A DNA stretch of 64,000 nt from Gekko japonicus (lineage: Eukaryota). The notes beneath the pieces are model-generated. The model had not been told where the DNA came from. It saw only the letters and a list, made by a program, of their open reading frames with translations, and did no database searches. This document shows positions 1 to 13,215 of this stretch, one piece after another (position 1 is the stretch's first letter; the number at the start of each line of letters is the position of its first letter). Position numbers and translations under genes: made by a program. Location: NCBI RefSeq assembly GCF_001447785.1, contig NW_015174272.1:728286-792285 (forward strand), read 5' to 3'.

Positions 1-289
1 TGTTCTGCCATACAAACTGGAAAACCGTAATGGATGAGCTGTGATCAGTGGAATCACTGTAATTTGAAGAAGGGGCCGCCTTAAAGCTGTCGTTAGACAG
101 TCCAAAGTTTTAACACACAAATGCCATTCACATCAACATCAGCGTGTGCCCTTTAAAATGCCTTCAGGCCATATGTGAAACGTTGCATCATGTGGGGAGG
201 AGCTGGTAACAATCTGCTGGGCGTATCTACTCTTCTCTCCACATGGGAATCCCACCGCCCTTTACAATTCCAAATACTTGTTTAGTCTT

Positions 290-560
290 ACAGTTTCAAG
301 ATACAGATGAGAAATTATGCTCACAAGATTGAATGTGCTACCATCTGCAATCCCTGAAGACCATATATTAGGTATACCATTTTCAGCTAGATATTGCGGT
401 TGTGGCTTAGGGATCATAGAAACTGTGGAGCATTTTTGTAATTTGAATGTCCATGGTATAAGGAGGCTAGGGAGAAATGGATTATGCCCCAGAGAAATGA
501 GCCTCCCCCAGACATTTAATTTACTAAAATTTTGATGGCTCTTAGGCCAGCAAATACACT
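290..560 (+). mobile_element. Degenerate 3' fragment of an RTE-X-like LINE
   Basis: RLNVLPSA...GIPFSARYCGCGLGIIETVEH resembles the CxC...ETxxH C-terminus at 20162-20368 and 56143-56542. Confidence 0.5.
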
Positions 561-791
561 TTTTAAAGCTGAATTCCTTCAGGCCCTGAGAGTTCAGGCA
601 GCTTGTGACAAGACACCTTCTCTAACATAGTATAGCCTGTCCACTCTGGCTTGAATTCTTCTTTTTATTCTTAGCTAGGATAGATCAATACTATGCACAA
701 GACCTGTAGGTCAGAGGTATAGAGAAGAAATATACCCCACTCACATACACACACAATTGGATGTAAATCCTGAGCAAGGAATATTACCTTT

Positions 792-844
792 TTATCTTAT
801 GATGACTTCTGAATAGGCTACTGTAGTGGCATCTCTGAGGCTCA
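792..844 (-). CDS. MILR1-like receptor exon 8, C-terminal ITIM VAYSEV and stop
   Basis: VSLRDATTVAYSEVIIR*; the eight exons sum to 972 nt (323 aa + stop). Confidence 0.75.
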
Positions 845-1287
845 CTAGAATAATCAGAAGTAAACATTATGCATAACATAAAATACATAGAAACACATTA
901 CAAATGTAAATGAAATTTTAAACAGCTATTGCAAGTCATATGAATGAACTGTCATATAAATAATTTTTGTGCAGTTTGGGAAATACTGCCTATAGTAGTT
1001 GGATCCTGTGTCCTTCCAAGCAAGAAACATTCCTCTCACACAACAGGCAACAGGGGTGATTTCATTTGCTTCTTCCTCCTTGGATTAGCTGTCCATGTTG
1101 CATGGCTTTTTATCCACAGAGGTCTCTCAATTTTGGGCATCCCTTTTTTTTTGGTACTCACATGCAGTAGCTAGGGGAAGGGGAAGTCAGGAATGATTTG
1201 CTTCTACCACTACCTTTCCTTGGCACTGCGTAGGATCCAGCCTAGAGTGACTATGATTCATTAGATAAATTTTCTGTATTTTTAATA

Positions 1288-1533
1288 TGTGTGTGTGCAC
1301 CTGGAAGTCATGGTGACCTCTGGAGACTGTGTATGCTCCTGGAAGTCATGGCGACCTCTAGTGACTGATCTCTACTGGGGGCCTGGAGGATGTTCAGAGA
1401 GGTGGCTGAATAAAGCCTGCCCCTGCCTCCCGCCTCTGGTATTCCAAGGAGGTCTCCCATCCAAGTAGAGTCAACCCTGCTTAGCTTCTGAGATCTGACA
1501 ATATCAGGGTTGCCTGGGCTATACAGGTCAGGG
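1288..1533 (-). mobile_element. 5S rRNA-derived SINE (5S-Sauria-like) with RTE-type tail
   Basis: Reverse complement has the 5S head GATCTCAGAAGCTAAGCAGGGT...ACTTGGATGGGAGACC..GGAATACC and a GGTCGCCATGACTTCCAGG-(CA)n tail (tail duplicated). Confidence 0.75.
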
Positions 1534-2258
1534 CTGTAATTGAAACAGCAATCCCTAAAAGGCCTGCTCAGAATCCTACTGACATCTATTCAATGGAGCT
1601 CACTCCCAAGAAACTGACTTTAGAACTGCACAGGGAAGGATCGTAGTAATATTTCCTTTTTGTTGCTGTAGTCTCTTTAACTCTTTTGAGCAAAGCCCTT
1701 GCAAATACTTAAGGTACAGTCCAGCAGTACTGGCAAATGTTCACTCTCCTTTCACAGCAGTAGTAGTTGTGTGGAACTCCCTGTGTATAAAGTTTGTAAC
1801 TTTTGTATGCTTGAATATTCTCTAATGTTAACTAAAGAATTTTTGTTACCTTAAAATGAACTACAAAATCTTGTACTACTCTTACAAGGATTTTTTTAAA
1901 CCTGAAAGATCCTGAAAGGTCTATTTTTGTGTGTGAATTCATTACTGTTTCTCCTCCACTTAGCTAATCTATTGACAAATGCACCAAAATATTAGCATAG
2001 GGTCCAACAGGGCCGCAGTTCCCCATCAGCTTTTGACTGGCTCTACTGCTACTGATGGACTACTATGAGCTACTGAGCTACCACTTTGTAGTAGGAGCCA
2101 CAATAAAAAGGATGCAATGCTAAATAAAAAAATATCCCGGCCTCATCCTATGGAGGTTGTCACTCACTGAAAGTTGGTTTGAGTAGAGTTGCCCTCCTAA
2201 AAGCATCATGCACATTATGTTCTGGTTTTGTTTCAGTTACAGAACACATAGACATTAC

Positions 2259-2327
2259 CTTTTCTCACTTTTTCTTTTTCGTTACTAAATTCCAAGTTGA
2301 CATATTCTTCTTGGACTTCTTCATGTG
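2259..2327 (-). CDS. MILR1-like receptor exon 7, cytoplasmic (EEYVNL)
   Basis: 69 bp phase 1-1 exon, AHEEVQEEYVNLEFSNEKEKVRK, TTCAG acceptor and AAG|GTAATG donor. Confidence 0.75.
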
Positions 2328-3878
2328 CTGAATAGAATGCAAGTAAGAAATAAAAATGGAAAGAGAAAAGGGGTCTTTTGACCAACGAAAACATCCATGC
2401 CTGGGTTGTACAATAAATGAACAATAGCCAGAGTTCCCAGAACTTTATTCTTTCCATTTGACTGATCAGCAATGGTATCTTATGTTCTCTAGGGTTCTAT
2501 CCAATCATCATGTTCTAGAGCTCCAAATAAGGATATGGAAGATGGGAAATTATGTGTCTGAACTGATTTCATGTGCGCAATGAAACTTTTAAATTACATT
2601 TGCTTCTGATAGAATACAGAAAGGACTAGGAGGAGAGATGTATCTGTTTCTTTCATTTGTGCTTAGAAAACTCTTTGCCACACTATTAATCATTCCCAGT
2701 TGCTTAGTTCTCAGGCTGGTAGTTCTTTGCCCATATGCTGCCTGGATAATAGAAAGGTTGGTTGACCTTGAAACAATGAAATTCTGCCCCCTTTTCCTAC
2801 GGTTTTGTTGCATTTCCAAATACTCTGTGTTCCTATAGCTGTGCCTTGTAAGGTAGGCACCCTAAGTCTTTGGACTGGGTTGGGCTATAGATCTAAATAA
2901 AACTCTGGCCACTACAGTTCTTGAGCTGCATAGCGTAAAGATCTTGGGCCTTTTTTGTTTTTTTCTTTCTGTTATTTTCTGTTTAGCCTGTTTTTTAGCC
3001 CATCTTCTTAGCCAGTTTTCTAGCACTGGCTTTGATTACAACTGGCAGGATGCTTAGTAGGAGATTTACATTCTGCATAAGTCCCTTGCCATGGCCAAAT
3101 TAACTGCTGAGTGTCCTGATGCAATCACTGATGTCTACGGAACCAGGTTAGACTGCTAAAAGTTTCTGTATGTTTTCATTGTAAACCCTGTAGAATCTCT
3201 ACTTGACTGTAATTATACCAAGAAAAGAGTGCTAGTGTTCTATACATTGAGCTGGATCCAGTGCAGTAAGCACTCATGTGCAATGGGGCATGACTTTCTC
3301 AGCTCCCTCTTGTTGTAGTCCGTAAGGCCCTGCCAAATCTTTCAGGGGGTCACCTCTTCCATCTGACCAAGAGGGAGGGCATATTAGGCTGCCACAGTAG
3401 CTGACAATCACAATCTGTGTGTCCTTACACTGACCAGATCGCCACACTGGGTGTAACTCATTGCCTTTTCACTTAGCTTGTAGTGGGAACGATGTATCTG
3501 ATGTATGTATATTCCACTTCTCCAAATATCATCTCTTCCCTGTGTCTAAGACAAAATGTTTCCTTCTGGCTTTCTGTAATGTTTCATAACAATGCTTTTG
3601 ACATGACTGAGCAAGGTGTGCTTTACACCTACCTAATTTCCTGATAGAACTTCTGTATAATGTTCCAGTGATTTCCCTCCTCCCCTGACGCTGCATGAAG
3701 GCACAAAAGCTGTAGGGCCCCTGGACACCTTGCAGCTCCATCAGTTTATAAGGCAAGAACTGCTGATTTCTCTACTTCTCTCTTTTGCTATTCAGAAATA
3801 TTCCCCAGATATTACTAATTTTCTGCAGTCATTTCTCTGTACATAGACATATTGAAGAGTAAATCTCTTGGACTTTAC

Positions 3879-3962
3879 CAATCTCAGCATAAGTCACATC
3901 GTTTTCTGAGCCTGGGTAACTTGTTGGAACAAAACCAGTGGGGGAGATGTCTCTCAGTTTTC
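3879..3962 (-). CDS. MILR1-like receptor exon 6, cytoplasmic, ITIM-like VTYAEI
   Basis: 84 bp phase 1-1 exon, RKLRDISPTGFVPTSYPGSENDVTYAEI, canonical splice sites. Confidence 0.8.
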
Positions 3963-5639
3963 CTGCAAGAAGAAGCAAAGTTTTAATGATTTACCATCTT
4001 GGTGTCATGGCTAGTATCGGATACCAATGATCGTGTCACCCTCTCAGTGGCAATATTCATAAGTGCAGTAATCAAATATAAGAGAAATAATACTAAGGTC
4101 TTTTAAAATATTTTCTTTGGTTCTGATTTCTGCTTAAGGTGATAGCTGTATGAGCAGTACTAGATAGATTTACCATCTTTGGTATGAAGTTTCTGAGGAA
4201 GTGACAATTATTACCCATGGTGATTTTGTAGACACACAGGGGAGCGGGGCTGTGGGTCCATCGTGCTTTTCATGTAGAAGGTGCTACATTCAACCCCTGA
4301 CTTCTTCAGAGCAGGGGTAGGGCAGGAAGTTATTTAGGAGTGACCAGTAACTTTCCAAGCAGTTAATAGCTCTCTGCCTTTCCACCTGTGCTGCTGTAAT
4401 TACTTTTTCTTCCCTCTAAACCTACTGTTTGTCTGTCTGTCCCCCCCCCCCCCCCCGCTGTCTCCCTCTCTCAGGGAAAACATTGTATATCTGTCCCCTG
4501 CAAGGACAGTTCCCTTTCAGGATGGTGGTATGTTAACTTTGGGAAAACAGCAGAGGAGAGTTTTCCCCACCTTAGCATGGCAGAGTTGCTCTGAAACACT
4601 GTAATTTTTGTATCAGCTGCTATTTTGTGGCTGGCTACACCCACTGAGCTGCAATCCAGTGACTGGTAGCTCTTGAAAAAAGGTTAGTAGTTCCCAGAAG
4701 CAACAGACTGCCCCCCCTCCTGTAGTTAAAGGATCTCAGATTGTTGCTGTAGGGGGAGACATTCTGAAGTCTTTCTCCATGAGACCTGGGAAATGTCCCT
4801 GTTAGCTAAATGGACTGACTCAACATAAGGCAACTTCGTATCTTCTTATAACCTACTGTCGTTTATTACTGCCAGTTATTTCACAATGCTATATGCAGGG
4901 AAAATAAAGTTATATCTGTAGTGGAACTGCATCTAAAGAGAAATCGCAGGATTCCTTGTAGATAGGGATGCCAACCTGAACCTCCAGGTGGTACCTGGAG
5001 ATCTCCTAGAATTTCAACTGATCTCCAGGCTAAAGAGATCAGTTCCCCTGGAGAAACATGGCTGCTTTGGAAGGTGGACTTTATGGCATTACACCCTGCT
5101 AAGGTCCATCCCCTCCTCTCCACCAGGCTTATAGCAGAAATACTAAATGGTACCTTCAAGGTTTGGCTTTTTATTTCAAGAATTATGGTTACAGAGAATG
5201 GCTTGGAAGTATGTGAGTAATGTTAGGAATCTGAGGTATAAATAGATGCCGGAATAATGAGATTCCAGAGGCCAAAAAGTGGGGGTTTCATTCAAATACC
5301 TCTTATTATTTACTACATTCTTTGAACTCTTTTACTACCATCTAATACTCATTTGCAGTCTGTTACACTCTCCTTTTGAAAAACAATACTCCAAATTTTT
5401 AGGGAGGATTAATTGCTCAGAATAAGTAAATCTAAGAATTTGGTTTTATTTGAAGTGTTTATGGTTTTGGGGCAGATTGTGTATTATTGTCAGTGAGTAC
5501 AGCTTTTATTGTTAATAGGTTCACATGGCAGGGGGAGTGAACACAGTTTTTTTTAACACTACTGATAACTGTTAATTGGGGAGAAGGCTTGTTATGCCTT
5601 AAGATGATAATCAGTGGGGTTTACAGTATTTATTACATA

Positions 5640-5823
5640 AGGGTAGTTCAGCAGTGGAGTCAGCTGCCTAGGGAGGCGGTGAGCTTCCCTTTACTGGCAG
5701 TCTTCAAGCAGCAGCTGGATGAACACTTGTCAGGGATGCTTTAGGCTAATCCTACATTTAGCAGGGGATTGGACTAGATGGCCTTTATGGCCCCTTCCAA
5801 CTCTATAATTCTACATTTTCTAC
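5640..5823 (+). mobile_element. CR1 LINE 3' end fragment
   Basis: CAGTGGA...CTGCCTAGGGAGG...TTGGACTAGATGGCC...CCTTCCAACTCTATAATTCTA. Confidence 0.7.
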
Positions 5824-5899
5824 AAGAGTACTGAGCAGCAGCAGTGCAAGGTGACATTGGCCGAGATTCATCATAAACAATGGTAGTGACACTTCAGCT

Positions 5900-7992
5900 A
5901 GCCTTGCTTAGTACTGCACATAAGAAGACAATGGTAAACCACCTCTGGTCATCTCATACTTTGAAAACCTTATGATGAGACAACTCAAAAAAAAAGAAAA
6001 AGAAAAAGATCTAGTGCTGGAAGACAGGACCCCTTGGTTAGATTAGCTACCAGGGAAGAGTAGAGGATAAATATGAATAGTGCTATTCTTAATTACACAG
6101 CTGCCTAAAGGATGTTCCATTGTTGATGGGAACAGACACAAAAGGAAAGTCTGAAGTTGTTTGATACACATATAGGAACATGGAACATGAGAAGTATGAA
6201 TCAAGGTAAATTCAAAATCATTACATGAGAAATGGAACATTGCAGTCCTGGGAGTGAGTGAATTAGGACATTTTCAGTCAGAAAATAACATTTTACTCAG
6301 AAAATGGCAAACACTGAAGAAACTGAATTCCTCTAATAGGCAAGATGTAGCACAAGCAATTAGGGGCTATAATGCAAGGTCTGACTGAATAATGTCAATC
6401 ACAGAAAGCCTATCAACATAAGTTTACACCCCAACTACAGATGCTGAAGAGGAAGAAATTGAAAGTTTTCATGGAAGTGTCCAGGAAGAAATGATCACAC
6501 AACACATAAAATGTGCTGATGATCTTAGGTGACTGGAATGTGGGAAACAAAGCAGAATCAAATATCGTTGGAACATTTGGGCTAGGAGCATGAAATGGAG
6601 CAGGAGAACAATTAATAAAACTCTGTAAGGACAACAAGTTGTTCATTGCAAACATGTTTCAAGCAACTGAACTGATGGTTGTATATGTGGATGTCACTGA
6701 ATGGCCAATACAGAAATCAAATAGATTACATAATCGGAAGCAAAAGATGAAGAAGCTCTGTTCTCTCTGCTAAAAGAAGACCAGCAGCTGATCGTGGTAT
6801 AGATCATGAAGTGTTAACATTAAACATTAGAATAAAGCTCAAGAAAAACACCAGAACATTCATCTTGCCCAAATTCAATCTGAACAACATTCCTGAAGAG
6901 TTTAAAGACAACTTAAAGAATAGATTTGCATTGCATAGCTCAAATCAACGTGAACTGGAAGAATGATAGGCTGAAACCAGAGATATTATCAAGGAAGAAT
7001 GCAGTAAGACTATTCCTGTAGCCAGAGGAAAGGAAAAGCCTTAATGGATGAAACTTTTAAAACTGCTAAAGATCGATGAGAAGCAAAACTAAAGGGTGGC
7101 AGAAATAGAATCAGAAGCCTAAATGCAGCATTCCAGCAACTGGCTCATGGAGAACTATTATAATAACCGGCATAAAGAGATGGAAGAACACAACATAAAA
7201 GGAAGAAGAAGAGAGCTGTTACACAAGATCCAGGAAATCAAAGGGAAATTTAAAGCACTGTTAGGCATGCTGAAAGATCAACATGGAAATACAGTAATTC
7301 AACAGGACAAAAAGAAAAGATGGGAACAATACACTGAAGAACTATATGGAAGAGAGGAAAGGATTACAGATACCTTCAAAAAAAATCATATGAAGAAGGA
7401 CCTGCCATTTTAGAGAGTGAAGTGAAAGCTGCATTCAAAGCAACTGGGAGAAACAAATCATGAGGAGTGGATGGGGATATCAATAGAGCTATTCCAAGCC
7501 ACAGAAACAAAGTCCATCAAAATCCTAACAAGAATCTACTAACAAATATGGAAAGTAAAACAATGGCCTGCATACTGGAAACAATCTACTTTACAATTCC
7601 AAAAAAGGATATGTTAAAGACTGCAGCGACTATTGGACAATCACACTAATTTCTCATACAAGTATAGTGATACTCAAAATCTTACAACAAAGGCTGTTAC
7701 CATACACAGAATGAGAAATGCCAGATTTTCAAGGTAAATTCTGAAAAGGCACTAGAGATCATATTGCAAATTTACATTGGGTACTGAAGCATACAAGATA
7801 ATTTCAGAAGGAAATCAGCTTGTATTTCAAGGATGATACAGTTTTTGACTGTATGGATCATGAAAAACTGTGGATGGTTTTAAAAGACATGGGTGTGCCA
7901 CAGTATCTGATTGTTTTGATGCACAACCCATATTTTGGACAAGAGGCTACTGTTAACACAAAATCTGGAGAAACAGAATGGTTTTCAATTGG
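5900..7992 (+). mobile_element. Degenerate RTE-BovB LINE (endonuclease and N-terminal RT)
   Basis: Frameshifted IGTWNMRSMNQGK, GDWN, KRWEQYTEELY and FDCMDHEKLW..L..MGVP motifs typical of BovB. Confidence 0.8.
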
Positions 7993-9460
7993 GTGTGGAC
8001 GGGACACAGAAAACCAAAGAAACATGCACGAGAAAAAAAGGTGACTCAAAATCAGCTTCCAGAAAAAGATTGAATTAAAAGTGGTCTCAAAAGTACCAGG
8101 AGAAAAAACGGGGGGGGGGGGGGGGGGAAAAACAAAAAGAAACAAAANNNNNNNNNNNNNGGGGGGGGGGGGGGGGGGAGAAAAAGCTAAAGGCACAAAA
8201 ACACATGTAGAAATCAGAGGATAAACTAAAGTGATATGGACCAGAACCCAAGAACAAAACCCCATACAGAAATGCCCCCCGTTATTCCGGTTTGTGATGG
8301 CTACCCAAGTGAATTAAAAAGATGTGGGCTAAACGTCTCAGCTATAGATGCTTAGATGCCTTTAGGTTGTTATTGGAATGGAAATCCATAACTAGATTTC
8401 CTTCTATGTTTTCTAACAAGCAGTCACTGCTTCTAGTTCTACCTATAACAGCTAAATGTCCTTTCTGTTGGGATTTCTACTATCATGTTGCCAGTATGTA
8501 TGTGTTTGCTCCATATCCCTAGAATCTTCATGAAGTAGTTTTAGATATTGTGGCCAGGGTGGTGGATTGTAACAAGGATATATATTTTTGGTGATCTCAC
8601 TGTGGGGACTTTACATTAATTCTAGTTGGCAATGAACTCAACATGTCCCTAGAATTTTTGGTCTCAATTTTAATACTCTCTACATCATTGGGAAAAGAGG
8701 AATATGGTCTGGTAATGGTCTGCCCATGTGATAATAAAGAATCATATGTCTCTGAGTCACTTTTCTCACTGGACCTAACACAATGTCAATGCAAATATTC
8801 TTAACTGTATCTAATGTTCAGTCTATAACATCATTATGTCTATATCATTATAGCTCACTCCACCCTGCAGACAAGGCAGAGGATTCCACATATTTGTGGG
8901 ACTTCGGAGTCATGCAGAAAATATGACTGTAAATTAATCAAAGGGTGGGGGAGCCTCCTAAAACAGCCCGATGAGGAATGAGCATGTTCTAGAAAGAAGT
9001 GGATACAGAGAACAGGTGGAAGTCAGTTAAAGGCAGATGGGGAATCATATGGGAAACTGGCCAACTGAAGCTCTCCAAATTATTTCCTTTCTTGCCAGTC
9101 TATTTGCAGGCCTCCAGTTTGTTCCTTCCAACACCAAATTTGGTAGTTGAATACTCTTCAGGAGAGGGAAAATGGGGGGGGGATCTGCCTGTTTCCTTCC
9201 TCCTCCATGATCCCTTTTGGGACCTTCCCCCTAGTTTTAAGCATTTGTACTTCCAGCATACTAGTAAATGGTTTTTACACAACACAGGGAATAAATAGTT
9301 TTTTTCCAGCCAGCATAATGGTATATATGGAAAGGCTCATGTTTAGTTGGCAAGCTGGAAGCAAAATGATTTTCTGTTTTCAAGTTCTAGGGTACACATG
9401 GTTTGGAAAAAAGTATTGGTGGTTTGGGGGGAAAGTATTGGTAGGCAAAGGTAAACTTAC

Positions 9461-9568
9461 TTGTTTTACACCTGGGAAGGATAAGCAATGGAACTGCTAA
9501 AACTACTGCCAACAGCAGCAATAGCAGAGGTGGCACAACGAACACAGCTAAATTGTTGTCCTCTCCTG
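9461..9568 (-). CDS. MILR1-like receptor exon 5, transmembrane segment
   Basis: AGEDNNLAVFVVPPLLLLLLAVVLAVPLLILPRCKT; CAGCAG acceptor, A|GTAAGT donor; LPRCKT-RK resembles the recalled MILR1 stop-transfer LPKYKTRK. Confidence 0.85.
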
Positions 9569-10029
9569 CTGATAGAAAGGTGTAATGATTAGGCATGGTA
9601 GTGTTTCCTTTTCCAATACAATGTTCTTTCTTTCATTTTACTTAAAAGAACAATGTCTTTTAATCAGATGTAATCACCAATAACTAGATGTGCTTTTAAA
9701 TTAATGTTACTGAGTCTATATTTTGCTTCAAAGTTTAAGGTAACATTTCCTTCTTTTGGTACATTTCCATTTTTTGTCTTTGGGCCTCATTTAAGAAAAC
9801 TACATAACAAACACAGATTCTGACCCTAATCCAGTTGTAGTTAGTTGTATGCATATATTCCCATGTAATAACTAGAGACTTCAGATGTACATGATCCCAT
9901 TTACACCAAAAGGTGCAGCCAAGCAGCTCAAAAGGGCTCCGGTAGGTATCATGACATAGACAGATGTCCAGATGTGTCCCTACTCCACCCACCTAGGACG
10001 GTAGAAGGATACTAAAGTTTAGTGGCAGA

Positions 10030-10232
10030 CAATGCTCCCTCTAAGCTGTGTCCTGTGAGCAAAAATTCTACTTTGTGAGCTACTGGCATTACACTTGTGA
10101 GCGAGTGATTTGGCTGCTGCATAAATTAGTTTGCTCTAGAGCCATCCTTCCTGAGCTAAGACAAAAATGTGTGAGCCGGAGGCTGAGAAACTGTGAGCTA
10201 GCTCACACTAACTCAGCTTAGAGGGAACTCTG
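10030..10232 (-). mobile_element. ~205 bp hAT-type MITE, family A copy 1
   Basis: TIRs CAATGCTCCCTCTAAG / CTTAGAGGGAACTCTG; 8-bp TSD gtggcaga/gtggccga. Confidence 0.85.
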
Positions 10233-10575
10233 GTGGCCGAGAACATGAATGCAGAAAATCCCCATTTCAGTACTGGCATCTCCAGTAAAAGGCCGCAAAG
10301 ACAACTTTCCATAGCCCTACTGGGAATCCTTGGACAGATACTGATAGAGTTAACCCTAAAGGACTAGATGGACCTATGGTGTGCCTCAATATAAGGCAAA
10401 TTTATATGTTCAAAATGCTGCACATTTTGGATCTCCCTTGCTGGATTATTACAAGTGATTAATACCCAACTTGTCAGGGTCTTGTGTCCATCAGTGAGAA
10501 CACATAACTAGTGCTTCTCAAGATCAGAAACGAAAACTGGGATCTCTCCTCTTGCTGCTGAAAATCCATACATAC

Positions 10576-10857
10576 CTCTCATGGTAAAGTTGAAGCCAAG
10601 GCTATATTTTCCTTTACTAAAATTTTCAGCTTTGCATTTATATTCACCCAGTCCACTGATTGAATTGATAGGGAAGTGAAACTCAGCTGCTTCTCCGCTC
10701 TTGTTCTTGCTTGCAGGAGGTTGCACTCTCTCTTTTCCTCTATATAGCGTGTATGTAATGGGCAGAGAACCAGTCCTTGAGAAGCAAGACAGCGTCACAT
10801 TCTCACCTATACGAACTTCTGTTGAGGAACAGTTGACCATGGGTTGAGACACAGGCT
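10576..10857 (-). CDS. MILR1-like receptor exon 4, Ig-like domain 2
   Basis: 282 bp phase 1-1 exon; GENVTLSC...GSLPITYTLY...GEYKCKAEN...KYSLGFNFT. Confidence 0.9.
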
Positions 10858-11594
10858 CTGAGCAAAAAAGGCACATCACCAGGAGTCCACCATTAATTTT
10901 TAAACATCACATTGCGATATGCTGACAGAAAAATAGTACTCCGATTATTAATATGCAAATGTTGCCAACCCTCAGCATTTGTATGTCTACAGAAGGGATG
11001 TTACGTGTGTGTCACTTTCTGCACAATTAAAGTGCAGTATTTGAATGTTTACAAAATATATTCTGTTTGGTTCACGGGATATGTAATGAACAGGAAGGTC
11101 CCATTCATCTACCATGACTTGACAGGAGGGGCTTTCATGGATGAAGCTGAGAGAGCACCTGCACTCCCAATAGGATTCTTGAATCCAGAGTTATCAGGGG
11201 TGACAATGTCTGATTTGGGAGATGTGTTGGGAAGACATCAGTGGCACTGGATATTGCTGACCCTGACCTGATACCACAAATATCAAGCATGTTATCAGGT
11301 TGGCAGTATCCAAATACACACCCCTAGCAGGATAAAACATTACCCAGGAAAAGGGTCGCTCTCCTCCCTGGCATGATCTCCCCATGGAGGGAGGGCTGGC
11401 TAGTGACGGCAGCTGTGCCAAAGGCCCTGAGTGTGAGATGAGCGAGTCCTTTCCTTGTGTGTGGTAACCCCCAGGCCATTGCCCCAGTGGGACTTTCCCC
11501 AGTGCCCATAATGGCTGAACTGTCCCTGTGAAAAGGCATGTCTCAAGATCAGACCATGCAATTGGAAATTTGTGTCTAGAAAATACACACGTAC

Positions 11595-11879
11595 CTCTCA
11601 GTGTGAAGTTGAAACCAAGGCTGTATTTATTTTTATTAAATTTGTTTTCAGCTTTGCATTTATATTCACCCAGTTCACTGATTGAATTGATAGTGAAGTG
11701 AAATGCAGCCTCTTCTCCCTTTTTGTTCTTGCTTGCAGGAGGTAGCACTCTGTCTATTCCTTTATATAGTGTGTAGTTAATTGGCAGAGAACCTGTTTCC
11801 GAGGAGCACTTCAGTGTCACATTCTCGCCTATGGCAACTTCTGTTGAGGGACTGCTGATTGTGGGACAAGACATGGGCT
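11595..11879 (-). CDS. MILR1-like receptor exon 3, Ig-like domain 1
   Basis: 285 bp phase 1-1 exon; GENVTLKC...GSLPINYTLY...GEYKCKAEN...KYSLGFNFT resembles allergin-1/PECAM1-type Ig domains. Confidence 0.9.
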
Positions 11880-13215
11880 CTGAGAGAGAGAAAAACCAGA
11901 TCAACAAGAGTCAACCATTAACTTTCAAGCATCACACTGTGATATGCCAAGTACTAAAAACAAAAATGATTTATTATGAAGCAAGTTATCAGGAGCTAGT
12001 GACTACTTAAGCAGATGCATGAAATGTCCTAAGCTGGCAGATGCATTAACACACCTGGCATAGAGGGGGGAGGAACTGTAAACAATGCAGTTAAAAGCCA
12101 ATGAAATGAAAAAGGTAGAATGAGCAATCCAAAGCAAGTCTCCTTAGAAGTAAGTCCTGTTTTATTCAGTGGGACTTATCCCAACAAAGTGTTTTTAGGA
12201 CTGCAGCCAGAATCTGACATTTCTATGCAAAGCTTTCATGTATGCAAGATAAAAAACAAACAAACAGTGACCATTCAAAACAGCAGTTATGACTGAGGAC
12301 AAAATCTTCCTGGATTTGCTAAACTAATTTGACATCCATAGAGGAGGGAACCATTTGTCTGTTAACACAGTTCATGTATCTCTTGCAGTGGGCCTTTATT
12401 CACAAGATGCCATAAGATTCTCACTTGTTTTGGACTTAAAGACTAATGTATCTACCTCCCCAGAATTCAGAACAGGAAAACAACAGGGGAACAGAGATCC
12501 TTAACCCATCCTCTGCTTTAAATTGCCTTCCAGGTTCAACTCTTTTTGCCCTCCTCCCTGCCCTCTCTAGGATTCAAAAAGGTGGGTTAAACCTATCTAT
12601 ATTTTAAGCCTCACAGTAGGAGAAGCAGCTGGGCTTAGTTATGATTTTAGAGTGGGAGTGAGCAAGGTATGGCCACAGAGAGAGAGAGAGATACCACTTT
12701 TCTGGTTAAACCCCCCAGCTGTTTTTAAAAATAAGATCATGGAAGTCTGTGGTGATCTTTTCTGCACAATATGTAGTTATCTGTCAAGTTGATACTGATG
12801 ACTGAAGCACAGGGAGAAGTAAGAGAGGTACAAACAAAAATTCCAGAGTTTGCCAGTTCCCGTTTTGAAGCCTCAAACAATATTTTAATAATATTTGAAT
12901 TTGAGGCTTGAGCAGATGCCCTGCACTAGCATTCACTATTGTTCCTCTTCTATTATATTCACTGTTATAATGGGGGGGGGGTTATCCTGTTGCTCCTGAT
13001 CGTTCTCTCTGTCTGGAAGAAAAGGCTGAACTGAAAGAATAAGGAACAAAATGCAGCTTGGAGATATGCACCATAGACTTTTGCAGAGAGAGTGCAACTG
13101 GTTTATAACTTAATAAAAATGTCTTTTCATTAATCCAGACCCACCTCAAAGAAACCACCCAAACAAAAAATCTTGGTTGCATTGAGCACGCAGCCAGCTG
13201 CCTGCGGAAACTTAC

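Noticed and set aside
1440-1533. 5S rRNA gene (also 50800-50885)
   Set aside because: Diverged, internally deleted and fused to a SINE body; not functional rRNA.
7993-8330. G/A-rich stretch around a small gap
   Set aside because: Looks like low-quality contig-end sequence; not interpretable.
8858-8926. Possible extra cytoplasmic exon of the Ig receptor (TACAG...GTGAG on minus)
   Set aside because: Has an in-frame TGA in the required phase; the TM exon joins 3962 cleanly.
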